From Folioceros fuciformis (taxonomy: Eukaryota), in assembly GCA_049999805.1 (NCBI GenBank), contig JBNGIO010006316.1, forward strand, positions 174,558 to 238,557: a stretch of 64,000 nucleotides of DNA, in the 5' to 3' direction. Shown piece by piece: positions 35,934 through 48,900 of this stretch. The notes beneath the pieces were generated by a model. That model searched no databases, was not told where the DNA came from, and was given only the letters and a program-made list of their open reading frames with translations. A program made the translations under genes and the position numbers. Positions within the stretch are counted from its first letter, which is position 1. Every line of letters begins with the position of its first letter.

Positions 35934-38900
35934 TCAACTTACTACGTCCCTCGCTGCACCTGCTGCCAATCCGCTCCTAGCCTATGCATCACAGTCACAC
36001 TCCTGGTCAACACATTCCCATTTTCAGATTGCCACAAAAGAGAAGTACGCAGGGGAGGTTGCACACAAACCTGAGATATTCGGTTTGCATATACGGTCAC
36101 CAGCCGCAATTGAGTACTGCTCAGGCTTCCAAGATACGGAACTAAGGATTTCCCGAGAGCAATGTACATCTCTACAAGGCAGAACACCACAGCCTGCTAC
36201 ACCAAGGTCCCTCGTTAGCACCTTTCACCTTGCCAACAATAGCTCAAATCGCCGTCAACCAACTAGTACCTTGCGAACCTCCGCACTCTGATTTCCGAAA
36301 GCATCAAACAATGCAGGCAAGACAGAGTGCAACTGCCCAATGAGGTCCTTGCTCAAAACACGACCAATTAGCTGTACAAAACGGGTCATCCAGGTTACCA
36401 GCAGCTGTTTTCACAACAGTTCAAAGGGCTGGCCCAGTGTCACCACTGACGTTGTATTCACCTTTGTCAAAGACCTGATGCAGGCCACTAAGTGCTTCTG
36501 CCTTTTTCTGCGCAGTTGGTCTACCATCACCTGTCGTTAAGCATCACGTTATGTTCAAAACCCATGCTCATGGATTTCTGAGCCCAAAACAGTTACTGCA
36601 TTATTCCTTCACCTCAAGGCATCGTTGAGGGTCAAAACAAGCCAGCACCGTAGAAAGGCTATTCTCGGCTGCACAGCACACCTGTGTCACAAGTTGCAAA
36701 CCACAAGCTTTCCATCACCCTTACCGTCATCTACCACATCCAACACACCATGACATAAACACGCCGTCAGACTGACAACAAGCTTCCCTCACTATTTCAT
36801 CATACCCACCACATTTGCAACACACACAAAAAATGACACCTAAATCCCTCACCTTTGGAGACGGATCCTGGGTCAACGGTAGCAGTTTCTCAAACAAAGT
36901 TTCTGTGGCATCTTTCAGTGTATCACCCTGAAACACCACTATTTCTCATCAATACAGGACAGTCGGCTGAGACAAACCAAAAGATCGAGATGAAAACATG
37001 CGCTCCCTCTTCACCCAGAGCATTCCGTGGACAAACATTGATCAGCAATACTTTTCTCATCGTAGGGGGAGAAAATGAAACGGACTTAGCACTAACCTGG
37101 TTTTTCACCAACTCGTGTACGACCAGAAGGTCAAGCTCCCTCACATCAGCATCTGGATCAGCCAAGGCCTCAAGAACCACTGTCAACATCTGCTTCAAGT
37201 GCTGAACAGCAGGGAAGTCCCAATTTCAGGCCAAAACTGTTCGCTGACCAGGCAGAGGAGGATACAACCCACCCACAATCATGCATCCTTCCGAGGTCGC
37301 ACCTGAGACCAAATCGACGAGTGTTTTGCACGTGAAAGCCGAAGAAACTCTTGGAGAATCTCACATTTCTCCTCTGGAGCCTTCTCCTTGCACCAAGATG
37401 ACATCTAAAAGCATGATTCCGTACGAAGCCCAGAACAATAAGTACCTCTCCCACAAATCTTAAAACTTCCTCCAGGTGTCTGAAAACGGCAGTAACAAAG
37501 TCTAATGTGGGATACCTTCTTCGGCAAAAAAGATAGAACATCATGCGCAAGGGACTTGACTAGTGAAATTTTGATTGTCCTCTCTCCAAATTTTGTCTCG
37601 CTTTTTGACTGCATCTGCCTCCCTTCAAGATCTGATTTCAGTAGGATGTGCTCACTGCTAGCCAAACCTTGGAAATCAACGACAGGCATAATAGAATCAT
37701 CCTCCATTTCTTGAGCCCTTGACTGCAGATCACTCCGAATTTCTTCAGTTGGTCCTGAACCTTCAATAAACCCATGTGATTCATCCTTTTTCCATCCAGC
37801 ATTAGACAGGTGATCAAAGCCCCTCGAAACAGGTCTACAATTGGACTTCCCTATGTGACTAGACTGCTGGATTTCCAGATACTCCGATTCTGCTTGTGAA
37901 GCATCCCGTCTACTTGAAATGCTTATTGACCCTGAAGACATTGGAGTTCCAACTCCAGTCGAAAATCCTGATGAGGATCTTGACATTCCCCTTGGCACTT
38001 GTTTCTGACTTGTCACTGGTAGTGATTCTGCCTGATCATGGCCTTGCTTAGTCTTTGTTCGTTGACACCGACTCTGCATGTGGGTGAGAAGGTCGACTTC
38101 AATCTGAGGTGTGTATTGCTTCAGTGCTCGTCGGAGCACACTCTGGTCTTCAATGGGTAGGCCCAGAACAAAGTTCAACACAGATGCAGAATCAAAGTAG
38201 TTGTAAACAGATATGATGCCTGCGAGAGCAGTTTCTTTGAGCCGAGGGCTCTTGTCATGTGCAAGGGCTGCTAGCTTGCACAACCAAAGCTTGAGGTGAC
38301 CATTGAACCCGCCAATGGGAGACATTCTGGAAAAACCTGCAACTGCGAAGTCTATGACTGCACTTTTAGCCTTGGCAGAGCGCTGCTCATCCAGCGAGCG
38401 AAGCAGAGCCGGGAGGAGTGTGTCAATAGTGTAAATGCTGGCGAATACTTCTAGAACTAGAGAGCCAAGCTGGCGAGTCGGTGCCTTTGAATCCACCAGC
38501 CTTGCAAACACACTGGGCAGAATGCGCTCAAGATAACCTTCCAAAGGCTTTTGACAGGAAGGCACGAGATGTATCAAAGCAGAAAGAGCAGCTTCAGCAA
38601 CTCGATTATGTGCATCATCGAGGTGCTCGGAGAACAACTTCATGACCTTGTCAAAGCTCTGCGCAACCTCCTGTACACCCCTTGGCCCTTGTTGCAACAG
38701 CTTCTTCACGAAATTGAAAGCAGCTACTCTCGCTGACCAGTCCGAACGCACGCTTAGTCCTTCACACAATGTGCTCTTCAAGGAGATCAGACCTTCAGGG
38801 TAGCTGTGTACTTGCCCGAATGGACCAAAAACAACAACCTGCTTCTCATCCTGATTGGAAGATGTCCCAGATCCGGACGTCCTGAGCAGAGGCCTTTGAA

Positions 38901-41900
38901 AGCCAGGCATCCTTTTTGCCAACGGCCCCATTCCTTGCCCATCAGTGCTTCCACACACTGAACTGCCGATCTGGCTTGAACTACTGGAGTCCCCTTGTGT
39001 AAAGCCCTTGAGTTTATGGACTCTTTCAACTCCTGAAGCTCTGCAGCCCCGTGCCCCAGCATTCTCTGAGCTGGGAATAGTTGGTGAGTCCAAAGTAGCA
39101 CTACACAAGGACGATGCTTGCACGCTCCCCTCACCTGTAGTACGTGCTGAACCAGCCTGAGGAGAGTCACGAGCACATACAAACGGAGCTGGCGCGCTTG
39201 TTCCACACTGACTTCCACTTCCACCCACTTCATCACACAGAGAAAACGGTGGGAGCGAATGACATGAGTGGTGTGTTTACGCATTCCACGCACTTCATAA
39301 CTTGCGGGGACACAGAATTTTTAGGCTCTACTTCTTGATATTGTTACTACTAACTGTGCTTAATTATTCCCTCAACCTAATCTAGCAAGCAAACGAGTCA
39401 TGCTATTAACCAGTGACATACTAACCTGACGAAACTGGTGGGGGTAAAAGTGGTTCCATGTCAAGCCTCTAGACCTATACAGCACATAATTTGTGACAAT
39501 AACCCTTACCACGACTTCTGTCATTTGGAGGCTCAGTCATCAAGCAAAACCCCTTGTCACTGAAGGTACCCCGACCATCGGGCATGCTTTCTCTGGAATT
39601 CACCTGCTGTTGACTCAGAAAATCTTCAAAGTCCAAGCTCCCTTCTAGTCCATCCAGTGGATACAACAGAGCATCTGTATTGGCTTTGCCCACTTGCTCT
39701 CCTACCTTTCCAGTGGCAGGCTTATAGGTGGTGGGACTGGTTGGATGCCTTGAAACTAATGCACCCTTGTCCATTGTTGAAGGAGAGGATTGCTTCATGG
39801 AAGTGCCATCTTCCTCAGCTAGTACCTGCTGTAGTTAAATCGAGTGAGAGGGCATTGACTAAAGTAGCTTTGCTCTGACAATTGTGGTTCGTTAACACTT
39901 CTAGGTTTTACTCTTTGGATCGTTGGGTCGAATGTAGAAAAAAGGCGAAGGGACCTATCAGGCCAAATCCTCTTAAACAGGCGATAACACTGCCTTGCAA
40001 TGGCTCGGACCTGAAAAGAACATTACGCTACAATTACTTCTTCTGTCCTGCAAAAACTTTGTACATGGTGTACCACGCTCTTGCTGAAAGGAAGGTTAAA
40101 CAAATTGGCCTATAAGAGAGGCAATGACAAGACTAAGCAAGCCACAACAAACCTCGCCCATAGCATCTGCAGTACAACACCTTATAGCATCCTCAAAGTG
40201 TTCAACCGACCGTTGTAATTCAGGAGTATCTGCCCACTGCTCGAGGATCAGCACCATGTATTCACAGCACCTGCACAGTTTGAGCATCTCAAGTCAGGAA
40301 ACACCAGTTGAGAAATTTCTGCAATGTGAACACTATTCAGAATTTCTCATCTCAGTGTCTGCTACGGCGGATGTTACCTTGCCCGAAGAACAGCATTTCG
40401 ATCAGATTTTGCAGCATCCAGTAGCCGAGGATAGACACGAGCTACTTGACAGTGGCACAGCATCTGTGGATGATCCAAGTTCCCTGACCCCTCAATACAG
40501 TAAGGAAAAACACGAGCCTTTCCAGCTGTCAAGCAATGGCCTGGGTTCTACGAGCAAACCGATTTGATGCAGTTGTCTGCTGATTCAGCCATGACTAGAA
40601 CAGTGATAACGACAAGTTTAAAAAGAGCCTGCCAGCATCAGAAATGCTAGTTCACTTTAAAAGGTCCATGATGTGAATTTAGGTAAGGGTCAGAGCAATT
40701 GATGAGGCAAGCACCCAACTGGTATGAATATTTCTGCGCAAGGCTCGAAATCTGTATGCATCTCCTTTGCAAGAAAATCAAGCAAATGACACACCTGCGC
40801 ACACATAAGCTCAAGAGTGGTGTACATGGGAAGCAAAACCGGTTGACCGAGGCTGAACCGAAGAGGGGAAAGAACCTGACAACCAAAAGGTAGAGTCCAC
40901 AGTTGCTGAGGCTTGTGCATTGGACTACCACCTCTTTCCCGCATGCTTGATTATTGTTTCTAACTTGTGTTGTTATTCTCAGTTTTGAGATACAACGGAA
41001 CCTCTAGCAATGGACATGACTGCACATCATGACTTCAGACCTAGAACGACACTCTACTTGGTGACACGGGAAAGTTTGACCCGAGTAACATTGTGCCGGT
41101 GATGCTGTTTCAGGAAACGCGAGTGAATTGATGTGACAATACCTAACCAGATTACCTGCTTCACGACACTGGAGCGCCTATCTGACAGTTGAGCACTCAG
41201 AGGTTCAACAAATTGCTTCAGCAGTGTTGGGAAATACGCATATTCTGCAGCACCTGCGAAAGGAGAGACGCCCCGGTAAAGAGGAGAAAAATGGAACAGC
41301 TTAGAGCTGTGGAGCTGCTAGAAGTACGACAACACTTACTATCCAGCGGATGTCTGGATGCTCAAGCACTGACCTAGAAAACTGGGTTGCGGGTGTGAAA
41401 GTATGTAATTAGAAGAATACCTCCCAATACAAGACCTTCAATCCGCTGCATGGCAGCAATCCGTACGGACCAGTCATGTTCTGATGCTAGCAACCCCGCC
41501 GCCTTCTCCATCTCCCTCATCAGTTCTTTTTCCGATTGAACCTTTACAGCAGCAACTTTTTTCTCTGGCTCATCCATGTTGCCTGCAAAAACTGGCCCCT
41601 GCTGTCAGACAGTATCTTGCAAGTTAACACAAAATTTTGACTTACATTTTCGGAAATAAGCGCGCTGAAACTGCAAAGCTTGCAGAAGAAGGAGAAAGGA
41701 GTGGGATTGCACGGGACGGACCAGAAGCCGAAACCTCCGCCACTTTGGTCTTCACCTTCACTCCACTTCGTTGATAACTTCCCACAGAAGACCTGGTCTC
41801 TGACGTGGACAACTCACTCAACACAGCTTCGACAGTCCGATTTCCAGGCTCAATTTTATCAAACCTTTGCAGTATATCCTTTAACTGCGCCCAAACATTC

Positions 41901-42913
41901 CGGAGATTGACTGCTGACATGAACAAATGCATTAGGCTGCAAACACCCACCCAGAGCAACGCAGGTGTCACATTGTGGAAGCAATAGACAGGCTATGCAC
42001 CTGGCTAGGGCGCAACTGATGTTGCTGCAGTTCGTCCCTGACCTGTGCCCCGCCCTGGCGATACAGCTCCTGGGAGGTGCCCCGGACATTCAACTTCAGA
42101 CTTCGAAGCAGTCTCAAGGAGGACAGAAGGACATGAGTCGGGCGAGAGACCGCAGTAGGCAAGTAAGGTGGATCCACCTGTAAGCAAACGATGGCCGCCT
42201 CGCGCACGTGGCTGTTCGAGTCCTCCAGCAATTGAACCATCTGCGCAACTAAAGCAGTCATTCTAAGAGGGGGAAGAGGGCATCCAAAAACCCAGCAGAG
42301 CAAATCCCACACATAAGCCAAGGCAGGGCGAGCCAGGTAGTAACTTTGGGAAGCAGAAGCCATTGGAACGGCAGCTCCGCAGCCGCAAAGAGCGTCACGG
42401 CAGAAGCCGCCGAACGGACAAACTCCTCCCGAACCTTCCAATTCTTGTGACACCACGCGAAACCTCCCGCCTTCTCGATCACAATGGTAGGGCAAGAGAT
42501 CTGCGGAGCAAATGGGCGCAGACTCAAATACCAGTCCCAGCAGTCTATCTCCCCAGCAGCAGCAGCAACATTTCCAGCACCTGCATGAGCGCAAGGAGGA
42601 GCCGCCGCGCCGCATCCCGTACGGACTGCCTGCCGTCCCCCAACCGCTCCACGATGGCCGGCAGCAGCGCTCCGAAGTGGAGTCTGAGGTGCTCCCCCGC
42701 CACAACCGTGGCGGAGGCCAGGGCATCTAATGCGCCGCGGCTAACCCGGAAATTGTTGTCTCGCAAGAGCGTGAGCGCCATGTCCACCAGGCCCGACACA
42801 TGCTGCGCCGTGAGCCCTGTCGGGCCGCGGTCCAAGAGCGCCTGGAGTTTCTCCACTCCCGCGATCCCGTGCTTGATGTTTTTGGCCACAAGCTGTCCAA
42901 TTGCTTCTTCCAT
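35934..42913 (-). CDS. CLASP: CLIP-associated protein (TOG/HEAT microtubule regulator); multi-exon
   Basis: LLRDNNFRVSRGAL, LPAIVERLGDGRQSVRDAARRLL, AWCHKNWKVREEF, HDWSVRIAAMQRIEGLV, LSDRRSSVVKQVC, LFKLVVITVLVMAESADNCIK, SDWSARVAAFNF, LRRALKQYTPQIEVDL, and LFDAFGNQSAEVRKAVVFCLV...RLVTVYANRISQAR. Confidence 0.95.
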
Positions 42914-43129
42914 TTTTTCGCCTCGCACTAGCGCTGTGCTGCGATGCGCTCTCGCGCAGCCCAGCGGCTTCTCGCCGCGATCGGACTGGGAGACGGGTGC
43001 GGTTTGGCCGCACCTCGCTAATCCGGGCGAGCCTCCAGGTAGGCAGTTATTTTCGTTGGGCCGCCCTTTCCTTTCCTTCCTTTTCCCTTCTATTCTTGCA
43101 TCTCTCTCCTCAGCCTTCCTTTTCTGGCC

Positions 43130-43137
43130 TATAAATA
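43130..43137 (+). promoter_or_regulatory. Candidate TATA box in the 267-bp CLASP/WDR74 divergent intergenic region
   Basis: TATAAATA ends 43 nt upstream of the WDR74 ATG and follows a pyrimidine tract. Inferred from position only. Confidence 0.4.
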
Positions 43138-43180
43138 TACGAGCTTGATAGAGAAATAGGTTATCGCAACTGCGGTGACG

Positions 43181-45530
43181 ATGCCGCGAGCTATCAAAGT
43201 GGATCCGCCAGGCAGCCCGGCCGCCTTCCGCGCCGTCTGCAGTGACGCGCTCGGCTTCCTCAAAGGTGCCACTATTGCGAGACAGCGAGATCCCGTCTAG
43301 GCTGCCGCCGCTCAATCGCGTTTCTGACCCACTTTCTTGTTCTTGCTCCAGTGGTGGAGGCGGTCGGGCCCGGGACGGCGCCGCAGGTGGTTGCGCGATG
43401 GGGCGAGCCCAATACCTCCAAGGCCGTGCTGCGCATCTCAGTNNNNNNNNNNNNNNNNNNNNNNNNNNNNNNNNNNNNNNNNNNNNNNNNNNNNNNNNNN
43501 NNNNNNNNNNNNNNNNNNNNNNNNNNNNNNNNNNNNNNNNNNGGCCATGGCGAGGAAGAGGATGCAGCTTGCGGTCTACACCTCTTCCGCCACGACGCGT
43601 CCGGGTATGGCATGGCATGCCACTACTACGCTTCTTGTCGCGCAAAGCACTGACTTCATTCCAGCGTGCTGTACCGGACTGACCTTGGTTTCGTGTGTTT
43701 TCAGGGCCAGAAATGTGCTGACATGCACGGGAGGTGGCGTCCTGGCCGTGCAAGGAATTCCTGATGATGGGGGACCAATTGATGTCAGCCTTTCGGTGAG
43801 TACGTGGAGAGTTTGCGAGACAGGCGGCGTTTTGTGTCTCAAGGTGGATGATGCTGAGAAGCATGCCGTCTGTGGCGGGTACTACTCTCTCTCTCTCTCT
43901 CTCTCGCTGTTCCCGGCTGCATGGCCTTGCAGGTTAGGGTTGAAAAGTCCTTTGGGGCTGTTAGAGGGATTGAGTGAGTTCTGGATTTGGGGTCAGGAAA
44001 GGGTCGGATCCTCTGCTTTGGGACCTGGAGACAGGGTCAAGTGTTTGGGCTGCTAAATTGGTGGGTTCCTGCAGCCATCCTTTGTGCTAGCACAGTGCCT
44101 TTGCTGTGAAGCTCTGCCTCTAAAACATTTGAGTTTGTTTGAACAGCCGAAAAGAGACAAGCTTTGTCTGGTGTCGCGTCCTCATGTCACCGCCGTCACA
44201 TTCCTACGCGGAGGCGACAGCCAGAAAATAGTAGCTGGAACTGGCTATCATCAGGTGACTTGCTCGGTCCTCTGCTCGCTTCCTGGAGAGCCGGTTCTCG
44301 CCTTCTCGACTTGGCCGAAATTCTCTGACTCACAGCATTTCAGTTGGATTAGGTACGCTTGTATGATGTGAAGGCACAGCGGAGACCTGTGCTCATTTTC
44401 GACCATGGGGAATCTCCGATTACATGTATGGTGGATGAAGGTGATGGTTTTAAAGTTTATCTTGGCACTGGAAGCGGGGATATAAGCAGCTTCGACATGC
44501 GTACTGGTGAGTGTGTGAGAGTATTCCATCTTACCGCAGACTACACTGCAGTTGTTCTGCGAGCGGTGCCGCCTACTCGCTGACGGTGTGGCTGTCAGGT
44601 TTAACAGTGTGTCTAATCTTAATTTTGTTGGTCAGGACAATGCTTTGGCTCCTTCAAGGGTGGCTGCGCTGGCAGCGTTCGAGCCGTTGTCCGGCATCCT
44701 ACTCTCCCACTATTGGCCTCTTGCGGTAATCTACATTGTGACTTTGCTTGTGTGCTGGCAGAGTTCTTCGAAACACACAAGCTCATGCCAAATCCATTCT
44801 ACTTTTGACAGGTCTCGATCGATTCTTGAGAATCCATGATGTCAAAACGAGGCAATTGCTTTCCAAGGTATGTGGGTATTTTCCCGTAACCATTCTCGTG
44901 GGGAAGGTTGCCCCTTGTAACANNNNNNNNNNNNNNNNNNNNNNNNNNNNNNNNNNNNNNNNNNNNNNNNNNNNNNNNNNNNNNNNNNNNNNNNNNNNNN
45001 NNNNNNNNNNNNNNNNNNNNNNTAACATCTCTTGATCATTGATTACATGGCGAAGCTGTGTCTGACTCTTGGCTTTGCTATCCAGGTTTTTCTGAAGCAG
45101 CAACTTTTGGCATTATCTTTCTCGTCGCTGCCAGAGCTTGAGATATCCCACCCAGTTGACACAGGTTTTCCAGCTTACTTTCAGAACGTGTTTTCAGCTG
45201 CCAAATTTTGTGTCCGTAGGCTCAAGCTTGTCCAACGCTGATTTCTCTCTCATCACGGCAGTGGTACCAATTAGTCAACTGAAGGGTACGGAAGGTGGGG
45301 CGGGCGATCTGGAGGCAGCCATTGAGGGACAAACAAAGCGGAGGGAGAGGATGGTCAAGAAAGCCGGGGTGGCGCATCGGGAGGAGACAACTGAGACACA
45401 GGGACAAGTAACGCGGAAGGAAAGGAATGTGAAAAAAGGCGGGGTGGCCGATCGGAAGGAGGCCATCGGAACAGAGAGGCCAGGAAAGCGGAAGAAATGT
45501 GACATTGCCCGAAAATATCCCGATGAATAG
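43181..45530 (+). CDS. WDR74: WD repeat-containing protein 74 / NSA1 (60S biogenesis); interrupted by N gaps 43443-43542 and 44923-45022
   Basis: MPRAIKVDPPGSP...DALGFLKVVEA...VARWGEP, GGKGSDPLLWDL, IVAGTGYHQVRLYDVKAQRRPV, DISSFDMRTG, GSVRAVVRHPTLPLLASCGLDRFLRIHD, VFLKQQL, and a basic C-terminal tail. Confidence 0.9.
43884..43905. repeat. (CT)n microsatellite in a WDR74 intron
   Basis: About 10 CT units read directly. Confidence 0.85.
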
Positions 45531-45913
45531 ATCTAATAGTATTTTTGTACCAGTAATCTTGTCCCTAAGAGATGGTTTTACTCATTACGTGGATGGCGGA
45601 AAGTTTAGAAATGTAAAGTGACTTAGGTACCGCCTCGCACAATTAAGGAATAGCGATTGTCGACCTTTTCACACTTGATAACAAACAGCCGATAATCCAT
45701 GTGCCTGATTGAGCATTACACACTATGCAATCCGCGGGGGTTAGTTCTTATTTGTCATCTTTGTCCCTTACCTTTCTGGCTCCTTGTCCGCACACTACCT
45801 TTAAGTACCCCACCAAGTACCGATCCGGTCCAAGAAAAAGGTCGTGTGCACATTCGGACTAAGCCCGTTTGGAATCTATAGGTTGCGCACTCCTCTTCTT
45901 CAAGTGCCGTGTC

Positions 45914-48900
45914 CTACCTGTGATCAGCCAGCCATGCGGCCACCTGCACCTGCAGTTTTCCTAGTAAAGTGGCTTTGTCCTGCTCAGTGTGCCCGTCTTC
46001 CAGAATATTTTTAACACAGCGCAGGTGCAGCCACGCTGCTTCTGCTTTGGCAGTTTCGCTCTCTCCCTTGGAACTCAAACGACGGGTTAGCAGCCTAGGT
46101 CCATCTTGCTCCTCCTGGCCTCCATTGCCGTCCTTGCCTGACATATTGCACGAGCCTCCAGATAATTTCTCCAAGCTGGCAGCTAAAGCGGTTGCCCGTG
46201 CGACACACTCTTGCGGAATCTGAAACATGTGCAACATAGCGAGCGACAAATCCATCATCACGACTGCATATATGAGCCCCACATAGGATTAACCAGGCAT
46301 GCAAGGCACCTCCAACAAACAGACCTGTGCAAGCTGAGCTACATGAAGCCCAAAGCTCCGTTCTGCCAGCCCAGGCACAAGCTTGTACAAAAAAGTGATG
46401 CCCTGTGAAGGAGAATCTGACGAGTCGGACGACTGAGCCCCTCCTCCCAGGAAGGACACGTACAGTGGTGCAATCTGAGCTGGGAACAGGACTTTCAGAT
46501 CTGCAACCTCCGGGTAGTGAGTGACAAACAGGACAAGGCACTTGACCTCCTTCACAAGGTAGCGCAGAGTCGCGTAGGAAATGGCTACCCCGTCATGTGT
46601 GCTAGTCCCTCGCCCAAGCTCATCAACTATCACAAGTGACCGTGGCGAGGCATTCTGCAAGATAAAGGAGGCCTCGTTGAGCTCCTCCAAAAATGTACTG
46701 GACCCGTGTTGAATGCCGTCAGAAGCTCCCATTCGGGTGTGGATTGCATCCAGCACGTGAAGCCTTGCTGTTGCTGCTGGAACGTACGAGCCAATCTGTG
46801 GACAGTTAAAACGACATGACTCATTTCAATCCACCAGTTTAGGCTTGCATGTCTCTTCAAAAGCAGTTAAGAAAGCACCGTTGGCTTATCTTCCGCAGCC
46901 TGCGGACGACATCGTATCGTTTCATGCCTGCTGACCACCGTTTGCAGCAAGCACAAAACAACAAGCACAACAAATCAACAGTGGCTCACCAACCTGTGCC
47001 ATGATAGCTATCAGAGCAACTTGCCGGATGTAGCAACTTTTTCCGCCCATGTTTGGACCGGTGATGAGATGACAATGATCGGCTTTTGCATGCAGGAATG
47101 TGTCATTCGGCACAAACTTGCCACAGAGTCTTGACTCTAGAATCTGATGGACAACCAATTTATCACAAGCGCTAGAACAAACAATCGTTTAAAATCAACT
47201 CTAAGAGGGACAGAAACTACACGAGATAGCAAACACACCGGATGCCGACCAGCCTCGATTATTAACTGGCAAGGCTCTTCGTCTTCAACGAAATGTGGCC
47301 TCGAATAACCCTGCATACACAACTTGTAAAGACCATCGCGCATAGAGCACGTATCCAGCTATAAGAGAAACTTCTGTAAACCAGAAAGCTGAAAACATGC
47401 TCATGTGTAAAGGACCAGGAACTACACAGTGGAGGGCGCACCTGACTTGCGGACAGAATAGCAAGCCCCAGAAGACAGTCAAGGGATGCCATCGCATGCA
47501 CGGCAGCCCGAAATTCAGAGTAATGACATGCAAAATCTCCCAGGAACTTGTCCCAAGCCCTGCAGCATGCTGCGGTAAGCTCCTCCTTGGCAACAGCCAG
47601 CCGATCTAGGGTTGCCACGACCTCTGGTGGATGATAGCGATGAACCTTCTTTGTGCTATTGACTTTGAGCCAGTCCGGGGGGACCCTTTGAGAAGCTGGG
47701 ACCTATGAGGACTACGGTGAGAGACCAGTGACTACAAAATCTGCATGGAAACCCGACAGACGTTCTAGCCAAGGCTGCTGACCTCTATCAAATATGAGCT
47801 CCCAGATACAGACAGGTATTGTAGACCAGGAATCTTCAACAGCCTGCGGAAGTCCAGCAAAAGGTGTTCCATATCTTTCTCCAAACCATTTATTACGAGA
47901 TGACAGCTTGAAATCTGTCCAGTCAGAGAAAAACATTGCTTAGGTTAGATCTAAGAGTTAGGTGATCCCGGCACAGACTGCCAATTGGGGGAATTCTGAG
48001 ACCACGTCTACCTGATGCTACCGTGCTAGTTAGAAACATCCAATGTTATTCAGAGGCGCAGAAACCATGTTCCATAATAAAGCGAAAGCAGACTGAGTGA
48101 ATCTTGATGCCAAGGTTCTTAGTCAAGGAATCGTAGGAGACAACCATAGCAACCTCTATGGTTACTCACATCACACAAATGGAATGACCGAGCAGCATGC
48201 TCACCAAGAAGGTCAAGCTTTTGTGAAAACCAACTACATTCCATTCATAAGGGAAAAAAGCTGCCCAAACCTCGGGGAAATTGTTGCCTGTGCAGACAAA
48301 AAGATTTTGTTGATCTCCCGCAGAAGCGGCATCAACATTGAGACATGACAACAGCCTTGAAGCATGGGTGCTGACAGATATTGCTGATGCGGCTGCAACA
48401 AGTTTTTTGATGAGTGCAGACTTTAAACCTCCAAAATCTTCCACCTCAGTTGTATCACTGTCCGATACAAAACCTTGTTCTGCACTCTTGTCAACCAAAC
48501 GCCTCAGCTGGGTAGAGAACGAGAGCACTGCCTCCATCACGCCTACAAACTTCAACCACAAAGCAAGTCAGCACTTTCTGAAAATGCACACACTGGAGAA
48601 GGAACATAATAGCGACTGTGAAGCTTAGCTACGCAACCTACCTCAGCTGCTGCTGCAGTACGATGCAGCACTCTGGTGATTCCTCGTTCCACATCCGGCA
48701 ATCTGCTCAACAACATCAGCGTTGAGGCAAGCAAGCCTGAAGATTGCCCGGACACGCTTTTACCGATGCCAGAGGTTTCGTTGGCGTTCCCATTCCGTTT
48801 CTTTACTACTTCACTAGACCCTTCCACGGGCAGCAGACCAGCACTCTTCAGTGACTCCCTGATTTCGCCAACAGCATCTAATCGGGCTAAGATAAGCTCC

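Noticed and set aside
42545..43864. 439-aa ORF fusing upstream sequence to CLASP exon 1
   Set aside because: It runs through an N gap and antisense to WDR74; the CLASP-like sequence begins at ATG 42913.
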